Virus record (IMG/VR): IMGVR_UViG_3300030372_001200
Location: 1 to 26,321 of that record
Origin: a virus
Lineage: Duplodnaviria; Caudoviricetes
DNA: 26,321 nucleotides
Direction: 5' to 3' (one strand)
How positions within the stretch are numbered: the stretch's first letter is position 1; each line of letters opens with the position of its first letter. Below the pieces are notes generated by a model, which saw only the letters and a program-made list of their open reading frames with translations, was not told the origin of the DNA and ran no database searches. Positions 9,463-17,245 of the stretch are shown here, piece by piece. The translations under genes and the position numbers were made by a program.

Positions 9463-10881
9463 TTAGGCTTTTTGTACTTTTTTATTATGAGAATATTCTA
9501 TATCTATTATATACTGAGCTAGTTTATCATTTGCTCTAGTATATATATCATATCTATTACTAGTTACTACTACTGGAGTTAAATATTTACCATACCATGC
9601 TCCAGTCCCTAAATTAGCACTTTGAAAATCCTCTATTATATATACTTCTGGAGATATAAAAAGCTGCTCCATCCAGGCAGCCTCATCATCACTATAAAAC
9701 CAGTCAGAATTTAGAGTAGCTTTTTCTATTACTTGAGTATTTAAAACTCCTAAACCCCTATCCCAGTCATATTTAGAATATACAGTACTCCAGTCTCCTT
9801 TAACTTTATTATAGTACTCTCTAGCTATATTGCTTTCTCTTAATGTTTTTTTAGTGAAAGTATAATAGTCCCATGCTCCATATTTATTAAGCCATACTAG
9901 CCTAATCTTTTCATAGCCTTTACAGTCTGCACTTCTTTTATAATATCTATATTTTTTGCTTTCCTGAGTATTAGCAGAAGTATCAGAAGTTAAATAGACA
10001 TCATAATAACTCCAGCTACTATCTAAAGCACCTCCTTTAACCTGCCTTAAATTAGCAGTACCTACTCCTGCATATAAAATATGCTTTCCTGAGTTTGTTA
10101 AATCACTATCTCCAGTACCTAAATGAGTAGAGGCATGGTCTAGGTCTATATCATAACTATCTCCAGATATTAAAGAGTTACCTGCATCATATACCTCTAT
10201 AGCTACATGAGTAGCATCACTACCTTTACTATGACTTTTTAAATATCCATTAAAAAAAGCTAAAGTAGCATACTCATCATCTCCAATATATTGTCTATCA
10301 TTAGGAGCATCAGTTAAAAAGCATGCTGAGCTATTTTCTGGTATAAAGTCCTTACTATTCCAGTTAGTTATATCTATACCATACTCGAAATCATCCTCAA
10401 AACCTTCATTATTATAAGCTACACCATTCCAGAAAAGATAATCTGAAGAGGTAAGCTCATTAGCATATATAGTAGGGCTATCAGTAGCATTACCAGAGTA
10501 CTCTTCTCCCCATTTTATAGTTAGCCTTCTAGCTATGTTTACGCTTTGCGAGGCTTTATCCATTACATGTAAAGGAAATTGAAAGCTAGTAGCATTATAT
10601 GCACCTCCTTTAAAGCTAGTACTAGCAGATGGCTTATGGTCAGGAGATACATACTGCTGAAGTATCTCACTTAAATTAATTATACCATAATCTCCCTCAT
10701 TAGGGCTAAATTTTAGTCTAGCTACCATAGTACTAGCAGCTCCAGTAGTATCTATATATAAATCTGCTATATATTTAAATTTATAATTACCAGATATATT
10801 ACTACTTAGTATAGTAAAAGTCCAGTCAGTGCCAGCAGGCATCTCTTTATATAATACATCTTTTGTTAATGTTATACTCAT
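9463..10881 (-). CDS. Minor tail protein (distal tail-like), putative
   Basis: WLNKYGAWDYYTF and LFISPEVY motifs; directly upstream of the hub gene. Confidence 0.65.
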   Translation of the reverse strand: MSITLTKDVLYKEMPAGTDWTFTILSSNISGNYKFKYIADLYIDTTGAASTMVARLKFSPNEGDYGIINLSEILQQYVSPDHKPSASTSFKGGAYNATSFQFPLHVMDKASQSVNIARRLTIKWGEEYSGNATDSPTIYANELTSSDYLFWNGVAYNNEGFEDDFEYGIDITNWNSKDFIPENSSACFLTDAPNDRQYIGDDEYATLAFFNGYLKSHSKGSDATHVAIEVYDAGNSLISGDSYDIDLDHASTHLGTGDSDLTNSGKHILYAGVGTANLRQVKGGALDSSWSYYDVYLTSDTSANTQESKKYRYYKRSADCKGYEKIRLVWLNKYGAWDYYTFTKKTLRESNIAREYYNKVKGDWSTVYSKYDWDRGLGVLNTQVIEKATLNSDWFYSDDEAAWMEQLFISPEVYIIEDFQSANLGTGAWYGKYLTPVVVTSNRYDIYTRANDKLAQYIIDIEYSHNKKVQKA

Positions 10882-11387
10882 TATTCTATATTGTCTTTTA
10901 ATGTTATTTTCATAAACTTATTAATATCTTTAGCATAAGCTTTAGCTATATCTTTATTTATTCTTTTATAGTGCATTTTAAAAGCATCTCTAAAAAACCA
11001 TGTAGGCTCTACTCCATAAGCTGCTATATTTTTACCTATTCCAAAAGCTGCAGACCTTATATTAGCCTTATTCTTTGTTTTAAATCTACCAGTACTCATA
11101 TCTCTTATCCTAATAGGCTTTATCTTAATCCAGGTCTCTAATTTACTTACTGGAGGCATTTTACCAGGCTTTCTACCTCTTTCTACATACTTAAAGTAGT
11201 CTGCTGCAGTAAATCCTAACTCTAAAGCTCCAGAAGGATATACCTTTAAATCATAATCTAAGCTATTACTTAAATTAGCCTCTCTAGTATTTTTCTTTCT
11301 GTTTTTTAATAATACTTTAGCTCTATGTATTACCTTTTCGGCAAACTTTTTAAATTCTTTCTCAGTTTCTTTAGTACTAAATTTCAT
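10881..11387 (-). CDS. Tail completion/neck protein, putative
   Basis: Basic protein with YFKYVERGRKPGKMPP..L..WI..K and G..PT.FF motifs. Confidence 0.65.
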   Translation of the reverse strand: MKFSTKETEKEFKKFAEKVIHRAKVLLKNRKKNTREANLSNSLDYDLKVYPSGALELGFTAADYFKYVERGRKPGKMPPVSKLETWIKIKPIRIRDMSTGRFKTKNKANIRSAAFGIGKNIAAYGVEPTWFFRDAFKMHYKRINKDIAKAYAKDINKFMKITLKDNIE

Positions 11388-11399
11388 AAAATTATAACT

Positions 11400-11523
11400 C
11401 TTTAATATATATCATTATTGTTATATGTCTTTTACTATGCTCTTTTTTTATTTTTATTTTTATAATTATTTAGTTATCAATTACTTATAAGCTTTTTTAC
11501 TATGCTCTTTTCTATGCTCTTTT
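11400..11523. repeat. Iteron-like direct repeats around an IHF consensus site (candidate replication origin)
   Basis: CTATGCTCTTTT at 11435, 11500 and 11512; TATCAATTACTTA (WATCAAN4TTR) at 11475-11487; 20-bp identity to 18573-18592. Confidence 0.65.
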
Positions 11524-12053
11524 TATCTTCCAGTATCTCTACTAGTTAAATCTATATTACCATCATCTGTAAACTCTGTACCATCATGTGTATAATTAAA
11601 ACTATCACAAGCATCAAACTTATGAGGAACTTCTATATTGTAGGTACAATTCCATCCAGATACTTTATCATCATAACTCTCTGTAAAAGGCTCACATGTA
11701 AATCCTCTGTTATCTTGTAAATAATCATCATTAACTCCTCCTACTTTACCTCCTCTTCTTAACTCTGCTATTATATCAGTAATTATCATTAGAGTATCAC
11801 TTAATACCTCCTGCTCATTACTCTCATCCTCTAATACTAAATCCATAACTATTATATTAAAATTATATGTTAAAGAATGAGCTCCAGTATTTACAGAAGT
11901 AGGCACTATATGTACTATAGGATAGTCAGAGCTACCAGAGTTATCTATATTATCTACATCTCCAGTACTAACAGTATTTACCATACCATGACCTCTACTT
12001 ACTCTAGTTAATATATTAACTATATTATTATAAGTTTTGTTTAATCTTGCCAT
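11523..12053 (-). CDS. Tail terminator-like protein, putative
   Basis: Acidic; YPIVHIVP, YNFNIIVMD, EVLSDTL.I..DI and PF.E...D.V.GW motifs; position among neck genes. Confidence 0.6.
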   Translation of the reverse strand: MARLNKTYNNIVNILTRVSRGHGMVNTVSTGDVDNIDNSGSSDYPIVHIVPTSVNTGAHSLTYNFNIIVMDLVLEDESNEQEVLSDTLMIITDIIAELRRGGKVGGVNDDYLQDNRGFTCEPFTESYDDKVSGWNCTYNIEVPHKFDACDSFNYTHDGTEFTDDGNIDLTSRDTGR

Positions 12054-12055
12054 AT

Positions 12056-12337
12056 CTAATTATTTAGTTTATTTTGTCTAGCCTCTTCTAACTCTAACTC
12101 TTTAGTATAACTAAGCCAGTTAAGACATTCTGTTAATTTTCTTTTAGTTACCTCATCCATCTTAATCATATCTCCTCCTCCTATTTTGTGTATTATCATA
12201 TACCATCCATAATTCTCTGCTAAAGCATTATCATTATTATCATATCTTATATTTTCTCTTTCATTTTCTGGAGTTTTATATTCTCCTCTATTAAAGAGTA
12301 TTCCATAGTCTCTATGAATTTGCTCCCTATATGATAA
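12056..12337 (-). CDS. -1 frame extension of the tail assembly chaperone (gpT-like; fused product about 273 aa)
   Basis: The -1 frame is open from the T9 run (12336-12344) to TAG at 12058-12056: LSYREQIHRDYGILF...ENYGWYMIIHKIGGGDMIKMDEVT...CLNWLSYTKE...; fills an otherwise empty gap. Confidence 0.75.
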   Translation of the reverse strand, partial: LSYREQIHRDYGILFNRGEYKTPENERENIRYDNNDNALAENYGWYMIIHKIGGGDMIKMDEVTKRKLTECLNWLSYTKELELEEARQNKLNN

Positions 12338-12876
12338 AAAAAAACTATAGCACCATATACAGTATCTATACTTAATCCTTTATTAAAAATGTCTCTCCTT
12401 TTCCTGGTAGCATCTACATCATAAGCCTCTATATTATACTTATCTCCATCTATCTTAGTTATCTTTCTATATAATACAGTTATAATCTTATCTAGGTTAT
12501 TCCAGGCATCCTGCAGGTATGTATCTAAGTCTACAAACTCAGCAAAAGTCAAATTATCAAAATCTGGTATAAATCCATAAGCAGTACCATCTACATCTAT
12601 TACTCTAGTTAATTCATTTTTAGGTAAAGTAGAGGTTAAAGCTCCTAACTCTACATAAACTTTTTTAAGTTGTTTTAAAGGTACTTTAATAAGAGTAGTA
12701 CCATCTATTCCTAATAAAGTCTCTAAAGTTTTAATAATAGTATTTACCTCACTACTATCCTCATCATCTAGTAGTAGCATTAGCTTACTATATTGCTCTA
12801 AAGTTACTTCTGACCATGTAGTAGGTAAGTTATATCTACTACTTACATCATTAATATTTAGTTCTATTATCCTCAT
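12247..12876 (-). CDS. Tail assembly chaperone (gpG-like), putative
   Basis: 209 aa with internal W.EVTLEQY / F.NLTFAEFVDLD duplication; slippery GTT TTT TTT site near the 3' end. Confidence 0.65.
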   Translation of the reverse strand: MRIIELNINDVSSRYNLPTTWSEVTLEQYSKLMLLLDDEDSSEVNTIIKTLETLLGIDGTTLIKVPLKQLKKVYVELGALTSTLPKNELTRVIDVDGTAYGFIPDFDNLTFAEFVDLDTYLQDAWNNLDKIITVLYRKITKIDGDKYNIEAYDVDATRKRRDIFNKGLSIDTVYGAIVFFYHIGSKFIETMEYSLIEENIKLQKMKEKI

Positions 12877-12890
12877 TTATTATAAATATA
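12876..12890 (-). promoter_or_regulatory. Putative late promoter motif TATATTTATAATAAA, abutting the ATG
   Basis: Shares 15 nt with the copies at 4062 and 4691. Confidence 0.65.
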
Positions 12891-12915
12891 ATTTTAGTAA
12901 TTAAAATATTTTTTT

Positions 12916-12923
12916 TATCTTTG
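12916..12923 (+). promoter_or_regulatory. Bacteroidota-type -7 promoter element TATCTTTG on the non-coding strand
   Basis: Exact TAnnTTTG in an intergenic region, pointing to a plus-strand terminator; -33 element imperfect. Confidence 0.55.
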
Positions 12924-12926
12924 CTT

Positions 12927-13006
12927 AGTTTTTCATTATTTAATAAAGTTATTTATTAACTGATTTCTCTTAGAAAGGAGCTGGCATGTCTGGCTCTTTT
13001 CGCTTT
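12927..13006 (+). ncRNA. Candidate trans-acting antisense small RNA (about 80 nt)
   Basis: Upstream promoter, plus-strand-specific terminator, and two blocks matching the early leader at 21662-21702. Confidence 0.55.
12973..13006 (+). terminator. Intrinsic terminator, plus-strand oriented
   Basis: GAAAGGAGCUGG/CUGGCUCUUUUC forms 12 contiguous pairs including three G-U; these become A-C mismatches on the minus strand. Confidence 0.7.
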
Positions 13007-14319
13007 TATATAACTGCATATTTACCTTTATTTAATCCTAGCTCATAATACATCCTCATTAATAAAGCATCTGAGTAGTCAGGAGACCTACCTATTAAAT
13101 CCTTTATTTTATCTTTAGTTAAAATACTTAACTTACTATCTTTATCTATATTAGTCCTTCTTATCTGCTCTAACTCTTGTATTAAATTCTCTTTAAATCT
13201 TATATCATTAGTACTTACTCCTATCCTACCTTTATTAATCATATCTGCTAATTTATAGGAGCATTGAGTTTTCAAATTAGTATAATTCTCTCCTCTTATT
13301 GCCTTACTATTATTTACAAATCCTTTACACCTTAATATATCTTTAACTCCTCCTCCTACACCATCCTCATCTACTATTATATTACTTAATCTAACTCCTT
13401 CTCTTCTTTGTATTTCTTTAATTTTATTAGATACATCTACCATACTACTTTTATCCATAACTACTATCTCACTTACCTGCAAACCATTCCAGTAGTATAT
13501 AGCAGTCTTATCTTTACCATACCTAGCTATATCTGCAGTTATATACTTCTCTCCAGTAGGCACTACATTACTAAACATATTTACTATAGCATCATACTCT
13601 ATTAAAGCATCATTACTATCATCATATTCCCAGTCTCCCCTAAGTAGTCTAGCTTTACTTATCTCATCTAATTTATTTAACTGCTCTTTATAGTGTTTGC
13701 TTATATGCTTATTATCTGTTACTAAAGCCTGGATAAACTTCTTATGTACTGGTAGTGTATTATCTCTACTAGGTTTATAGTACTCAGTATATACCCATCC
13801 TTTAGCTGGATTACATGACATATATAGTTTTGGTATTAATCCATACTCATCTAACTTATATCTTAATCTAGAGCTCAGTATATTCTTAGCTTTTTCTGTT
13901 ACCTGGTTAGCCTCATCTATGCAGGCATAAGTAAGCTCTAAACTCCCTAAGCTATCAAAATTAGCATCACTAGGATATAAAAATAAATCTTTAAGTAGTA
14001 TCTCACTTTTATTATAGAAAGTAATTATATTACTCTGAGCATTATATGTATAGTGCTCTCCAGACTTTATATTCCACTGATTACATACATCAAAGAAAGT
14101 ATTAAGAGTAGTTTTTTTAAGTGCATCTAGTTTACTCCTGCCTATTAATCCTCTTACTCCTGGATATTTTAAGCTAGTACTTATAGCATAACATACTAAG
14201 AGAAAGCTCTTACCTCCTCCTGCTGCTCCTCCATATAATAGCTCTGTAGTAGTATTATCTAGTAAGTATCTTAGTGCTTTCTTTTGCTTGCTAGTTAAAT
14301 CTGGATTTATCTCTATCAT
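13006..14319 (-). CDS. terL: Terminase large subunit
   Basis: Walker A YGGAAGGGKS, Walker B ACIDEA, SCNP motif III, nuclease DIAR.G.D, D.DGVGGG and SPDYSDA. Confidence 0.95.
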   Translation of the reverse strand: MIEINPDLTSKQKKALRYLLDNTTTELLYGGAAGGGKSFLLVCYAISTSLKYPGVRGLIGRSKLDALKKTTLNTFFDVCNQWNIKSGEHYTYNAQSNIITFYNKSEILLKDLFLYPSDANFDSLGSLELTYACIDEANQVTEKAKNILSSRLRYKLDEYGLIPKLYMSCNPAKGWVYTEYYKPSRDNTLPVHKKFIQALVTDNKHISKHYKEQLNKLDEISKARLLRGDWEYDDSNDALIEYDAIVNMFSNVVPTGEKYITADIARYGKDKTAIYYWNGLQVSEIVVMDKSSMVDVSNKIKEIQRREGVRLSNIIVDEDGVGGGVKDILRCKGFVNNSKAIRGENYTNLKTQCSYKLADMINKGRIGVSTNDIRFKENLIQELEQIRRTNIDKDSKLSILTKDKIKDLIGRSPDYSDALLMRMYYELGLNKGKYAVI

Positions 14320-14324
14320 AGAGG

Positions 14325-14660
14325 TTAATCCTCTAGGTTAAAATTTATATTAATTTTTTCTCCTTTAGAAGTTATATCAGTTTCCTGCCTTTCTACATAT
14401 CCTCTATTTTTAGCCTTAGTCTTTAAAAAGAATAATATACTTACTGCATTACCTTCTTTTATTAACTTTTGTAACTGGCTCTCAGCATCATCTATTAGGC
14501 TTTCCTGAATTTCATCTACTACTAATTTAAACTCCTCATCCTTATACCAGTCATAATAAGCTTTCCTACTACATCCTAAAGCTTTACATGCTTTACTAAT
14601 ATTACCAGCATTTTTAGCTAGTAACTCTAAGAACTTTTCTTTATCTTTATTTGAGTACAT
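14325..14660 (-). CDS. terS: Terminase small subunit
   Basis: N-terminal HTH (NISKACKALGCSRKAYYDW), FFLKTK.K.RGY and DITS.GEKI; directly upstream of terL. Confidence 0.85.
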   Translation of the reverse strand: MYSNKDKEKFLELLAKNAGNISKACKALGCSRKAYYDWYKDEEFKLVVDEIQESLIDDAESQLQKLIKEGNAVSILFFLKTKAKNRGYVERQETDITSKGEKININFNLED

Positions 14661-14707
14661 AAATATCCTTTTTTATTAGTGTTACTTTTGTAACCTTATC
14701 TCCTATA

Positions 14708-14717
14708 TATAAATATA
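14708..14717 (-). promoter_or_regulatory. Late promoter core TATATTTATA upstream of terS
   Basis: Shares the 10-nt core of the repeated motif; intergenic; AT-rich, so weaker evidence. Confidence 0.5.
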
Positions 14718-14764
14718 AATAATTACTTAATATATAATGAGTTATTTAACATAATATTATACCT

Positions 14765-14899
14765 TTAATTATCATACCACACCCCATATACCTTAACTCC
14801 TTTAACCTCACAGTATAAAACCTTTTTTTTAATTGGTCTTTCTGTTTTTTTATCCTTATTATATTTAGGATTTTTACTATTTAGCTTTCTATTTTTCAT
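14765..14899 (-). CDS. Small basic hypothetical protein (44 aa), not in the ORF track
   Basis: Hand translation MKNRKLNSKNPKYNKDKKTERPIKKKVLYCEVKGVKVYGVWYDN*; ATGA overlap with the upstream stop. Confidence 0.65.
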   Translation of the reverse strand: MKNRKLNSKNPKYNKDKKTERPIKKKVLYCEVKGVKVYGVWYDN

Positions 14900-15198
14900 T
14901 TGTGCAAAGACATTTTTAAGAGTAGTAGATAGCCTATTAAATCATCTAAAGTATCTTCTGTTTTATCATTTAATCCTTTATTTTTTATTCTAGATAATTT
15001 GTCATCTAGTCTAGCACAGATGGCCTCAGTAGCATCTAGCTTACTAAATATATTAGGAGGATTTAAAGCAGTATTACCATAAGCTGCATTTTTCTCTTTT
15101 AATAGTTTTACTATATCATTAGTTACCTTATCTAGTAGCCAGTCGAATTTAAGCTCACTCTTAGGTATTAGCATTTTAGGATTTATCTTATTAGTCAT
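14896..15198 (-). CDS. Nucleotide modification associated domain 1 (DUF1599-like) all-alpha NTP-PPase-like protein
   Basis: KNAAYG, RLDDKLSRI and EDTLDDLIGY motifs. Confidence 0.75.
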   Translation of the reverse strand: MTNKINPKMLIPKSELKFDWLLDKVTNDIVKLLKEKNAAYGNTALNPPNIFSKLDATEAICARLDDKLSRIKNKGLNDKTEDTLDDLIGYLLLLKMSLHK

Positions 15199-15204
15199 AT
15201 TTAT

Positions 15205-15432
15205 TTATTTATTGTAGTATTTATTATATAGTGCTTTTAAGCTATTATGCACATCTGCTAAGCATATTCTACATCCAGTAGTAGTACTATATCTTTTATT
15301 ACCTAATTTATTCCAGAGGTTTATAGCTCTAGCTTTTATATCTTTGCTTTCTGCTCTACCTTTATTAATTCCTTTCCAAACTACTTTGAGCTCTTCTAAA
15401 TCCTCTGTATTTAATTCTATTACTCTTTCCAT
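15205..15432 (-). CDS. Hypothetical protein with CxxC
   Basis: 75-aa ORF in the operon; GCRIC motif. Confidence 0.6.
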   Translation of the reverse strand: MERVIELNTEDLEELKVVWKGINKGRAESKDIKARAINLWNKLGNKRYSTTTGCRICLADVHNSLKALYNKYYNK

Positions 15433-15662
15433 TTATTTTTAGGACATTTTTCTGTTCTCCAGCTAGCTTTAGCCTCTATAGGACATCCACAAATAGTACA
15501 CTCATCAGTATCTGCATTATAGTCCTCACATGCTAAGCAGGTTAATACTCTAGTAGAGTAAATCTCTTTAGTACTTTTAATAAATCCTCCAGCAGCAAAC
15601 TTAGCAGCAGCTAAAGCAAAATTACTCAGTTTCTTTAATTTTCCTGGCTTTTTCTTTGACAT
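15420..15662 (-). CDS. Small Cys-rich zinc-binding protein (DUF6171-like)
   Basis: R...C..C...C..CGC....K.......CP..KW pattern. Confidence 0.75.
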   Translation of the reverse strand: MSKKKPGKLKKLSNFALAAAKFAAGGFIKSTKEIYSTRVLTCLACEDYNADTDECTICGCPIEAKASWRTEKCPKNKWKE

Positions 15663-16167
15663 TCTCTTTTATATATTTTTTAACTCTTTTTATAGTATGG
15701 AATATACTAGTTCTACTTATTCCAGTCTCCTCAGCTAGTGTATCTAAAGTATATCCTCCTGCCATGTAAGTAGAAAATAACTCCTTATCATACCAGTATA
15801 AATCATTTAATAACTCTTCTATAGCATCTAGTCTTATATGAGTTACACTCCTGCCTCCTATAAAGTCATTAGAATACTTACCAGCAGTAGTATTACCATC
15901 TATTCTCTCATAGTATTTCTCATATTTATAGTAGTATCTACTAGTCTTACTTTTAATATTTAAAGTTATTATTCTTATAATATAAAATAGTAAACCTCCT
16001 TTATTAAAAATATCCTGCAGAGTTTCTTTAGGCATTTTAAGCACTGCCTCCATAGTCATCTGTACTACATCATCTGCTTTATTAGCATCATTACATATAT
16101 TAAAAGCTACATCTTTAAACTTTCCATAAGCCTCAGATAAAGCATCATATACATCTACTTTAGACAT
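15622..16167 (-). CDS. Phage sigma70/ECF-like sigma factor
   Basis: Region-2-like ADDVVQ; region-4 HTH LYWYDKELF...TLDTLAEETGISRTSIFHTIKRVK. Confidence 0.8.
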   Translation of the reverse strand: MSKVDVYDALSEAYGKFKDVAFNICNDANKADDVVQMTMEAVLKMPKETLQDIFNKGGLLFYIIRIITLNIKSKTSRYYYKYEKYYERIDGNTTAGKYSNDFIGGRSVTHIRLDAIEELLNDLYWYDKELFSTYMAGGYTLDTLAEETGISRTSIFHTIKRVKKYIKENVKEKARKIKETE

Positions 16168-16168
16168 T

Positions 16169-16564
16169 TTATTCCTTTTCTGGTCTTATTATACTTAAAT
16201 TATCTAAGCAGTCAGAGCCAGCATTTAATATCTCTCTATAATACATATTACAGAGCTCTATATTTTCATTATTTTTTATACCAGCTACAAAGCCTCCTAA
16301 AGCAAAGGTTAAATTTAATGGTAAGGCTCTAACCCATTCATAGAAAAATAATTCTCTCTCCTCACTAAAGCTATTACTATAGTCTATAGCTACATCTATT
16401 AATTCACTTAAAAGTAATATACTACTATCATTAGGATTTAAGTGCTTTAAAGCATTATCTAGCCTATTAAAATAAGCTATAAGTACTATCTTATGATTAG
16501 CAGATACATAAAATGTCTCTTGCTTTAACCTAGAAAGGTAGGTCATCTTTTTCCTTTTCAGCAT
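16169..16564 (-). CDS. Hypothetical protein
   Basis: 131-aa ORF in the operon; true start may be the internal MTYL; no recognised motif. Confidence 0.6.
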   Translation of the reverse strand: MLKRKKMTYLSRLKQETFYVSANHKIVLIAYFNRLDNALKHLNPNDSSILLLSELIDVAIDYSNSFSEERELFFYEWVRALPLNLTFALGGFVAGIKNNENIELCNMYYREILNAGSDCLDNLSIIRPEKE

Positions 16565-16766
16565 CTATATCAGGCTTTTTATATACATCACTTAACTGCA
16601 TAGAGAAAAATTTACCATTTGCTCCATCTTTTATCCAGAGAGCTACCTGCTGCTCAGTACCATCATGTAATATTACTTTACCTTTATAGTCTGGCTGATT
16701 ATCTTTTTCTTTATAATCATTTTTAAAGATACTACCTGCTCCTGGCTTATGTTTAAAATCACTCAT
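16530..16766 (-). CDS. Small single-stranded DNA-binding protein (DUF736-like)
   Basis: FKN..KE.DNQPDYKG...ALW and acidic DDLPF C-terminal tail. Confidence 0.75.
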   Translation of the reverse strand: MSDFKHKPGAGSIFKNDYKEKDNQPDYKGKVILHDGTEQQVALWIKDGANGKFFSMQLSDVYKKPDIDAEKEKDDLPF

Positions 16767-16789
16767 TTTATTTTAATTTTATTTATATA

Positions 16790-16823
16790 CAAATTTATAA
16801 AATACTCTATATACTTAAATATA
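16790..16823 (-). promoter_or_regulatory. Internal promoter: TAAATTTG (-7 element) with upstream TATATTTA
   Basis: Exact TAnnTTTG at 16797-16790, 23 nt before the ssb ATG; late-type core at 16823-16816. Confidence 0.55.
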
Positions 16824-16852
16824 AAGTTTCCACTTATATTAACAAGATAGTG

Positions 16853-17245
16853 TTAATCTCCAGTAATTACCATTATACTACCTTTATCACTCCAATACTT
16901 TTCTGCAGATAAAGAATATACATAACTATCCTCATGTAATAAAGCATCTAGAAAAGCTTTAGCTAAGTTATCTATATCTGGTTTAGCTTTATGAGGTTTG
17001 CCTAACATGCTTAATTTCTTTTTTTTACTCCAGCTTTTAGGCATAGGTATATAAAAGATAAGGTCTACTACCTCTCCAGGCTTGTACTTATATTTATTTG
17101 CTAGTAATTGTAACTCATTACAGAAACTCCAGTATTTTAGTACTATAGGTCTCTTTTTCCATTTGTCAGCTCTAGTCATTCTAGGCTTAGGACATGGATT
17201 TATATTAAAATCTATTCTCATATTAAAAAGGGGTAAAATTATCAT
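16853..17245 (-). CDS. rusA: RusA-like Holliday junction resolvase
   Basis: P.PKPRMT..DKW, PMPKSWSKKK, KPDIDNL.KA.LDAL..D catalytic motif; real start is probably MRID. Confidence 0.9.
   Translation of the reverse strand: MIILPLFNMRIDFNINPCPKPRMTRADKWKKRPIVLKYWSFCNELQLLANKYKYKPGEVVDLIFYIPMPKSWSKKKKLSMLGKPHKAKPDIDNLAKAFLDALLHEDSYVYSLSAEKYWSDKGSIMVITGD

Noticed and set aside
11435-11523. Repeats as a mini CRISPR array
   Set aside because: Units are 12-17 bp, two are directly tandem, spacing is irregular and no cas genes are present.
12925-12936. Minus-strand micro-ORF Met-Lys-Asn-stop as the function of the post-terL gap
   Set aside because: Not excluded, but the promoter element and G-U-dependent hairpin both point to the plus strand.
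12998-13010. Second AAAGCGAAA motif resembling the hammerhead stem II/GAAA junction
   Set aside because: No upstream CUGANGA and no stems I or III; it is the tail of the terminator.
14896-15198. DNA hypermodification pathway implied by the Nmad1-like gene
   Set aside because: No partner enzymes (PurZ, Que genes, transferases, polymerase) are recognisable in the genome.
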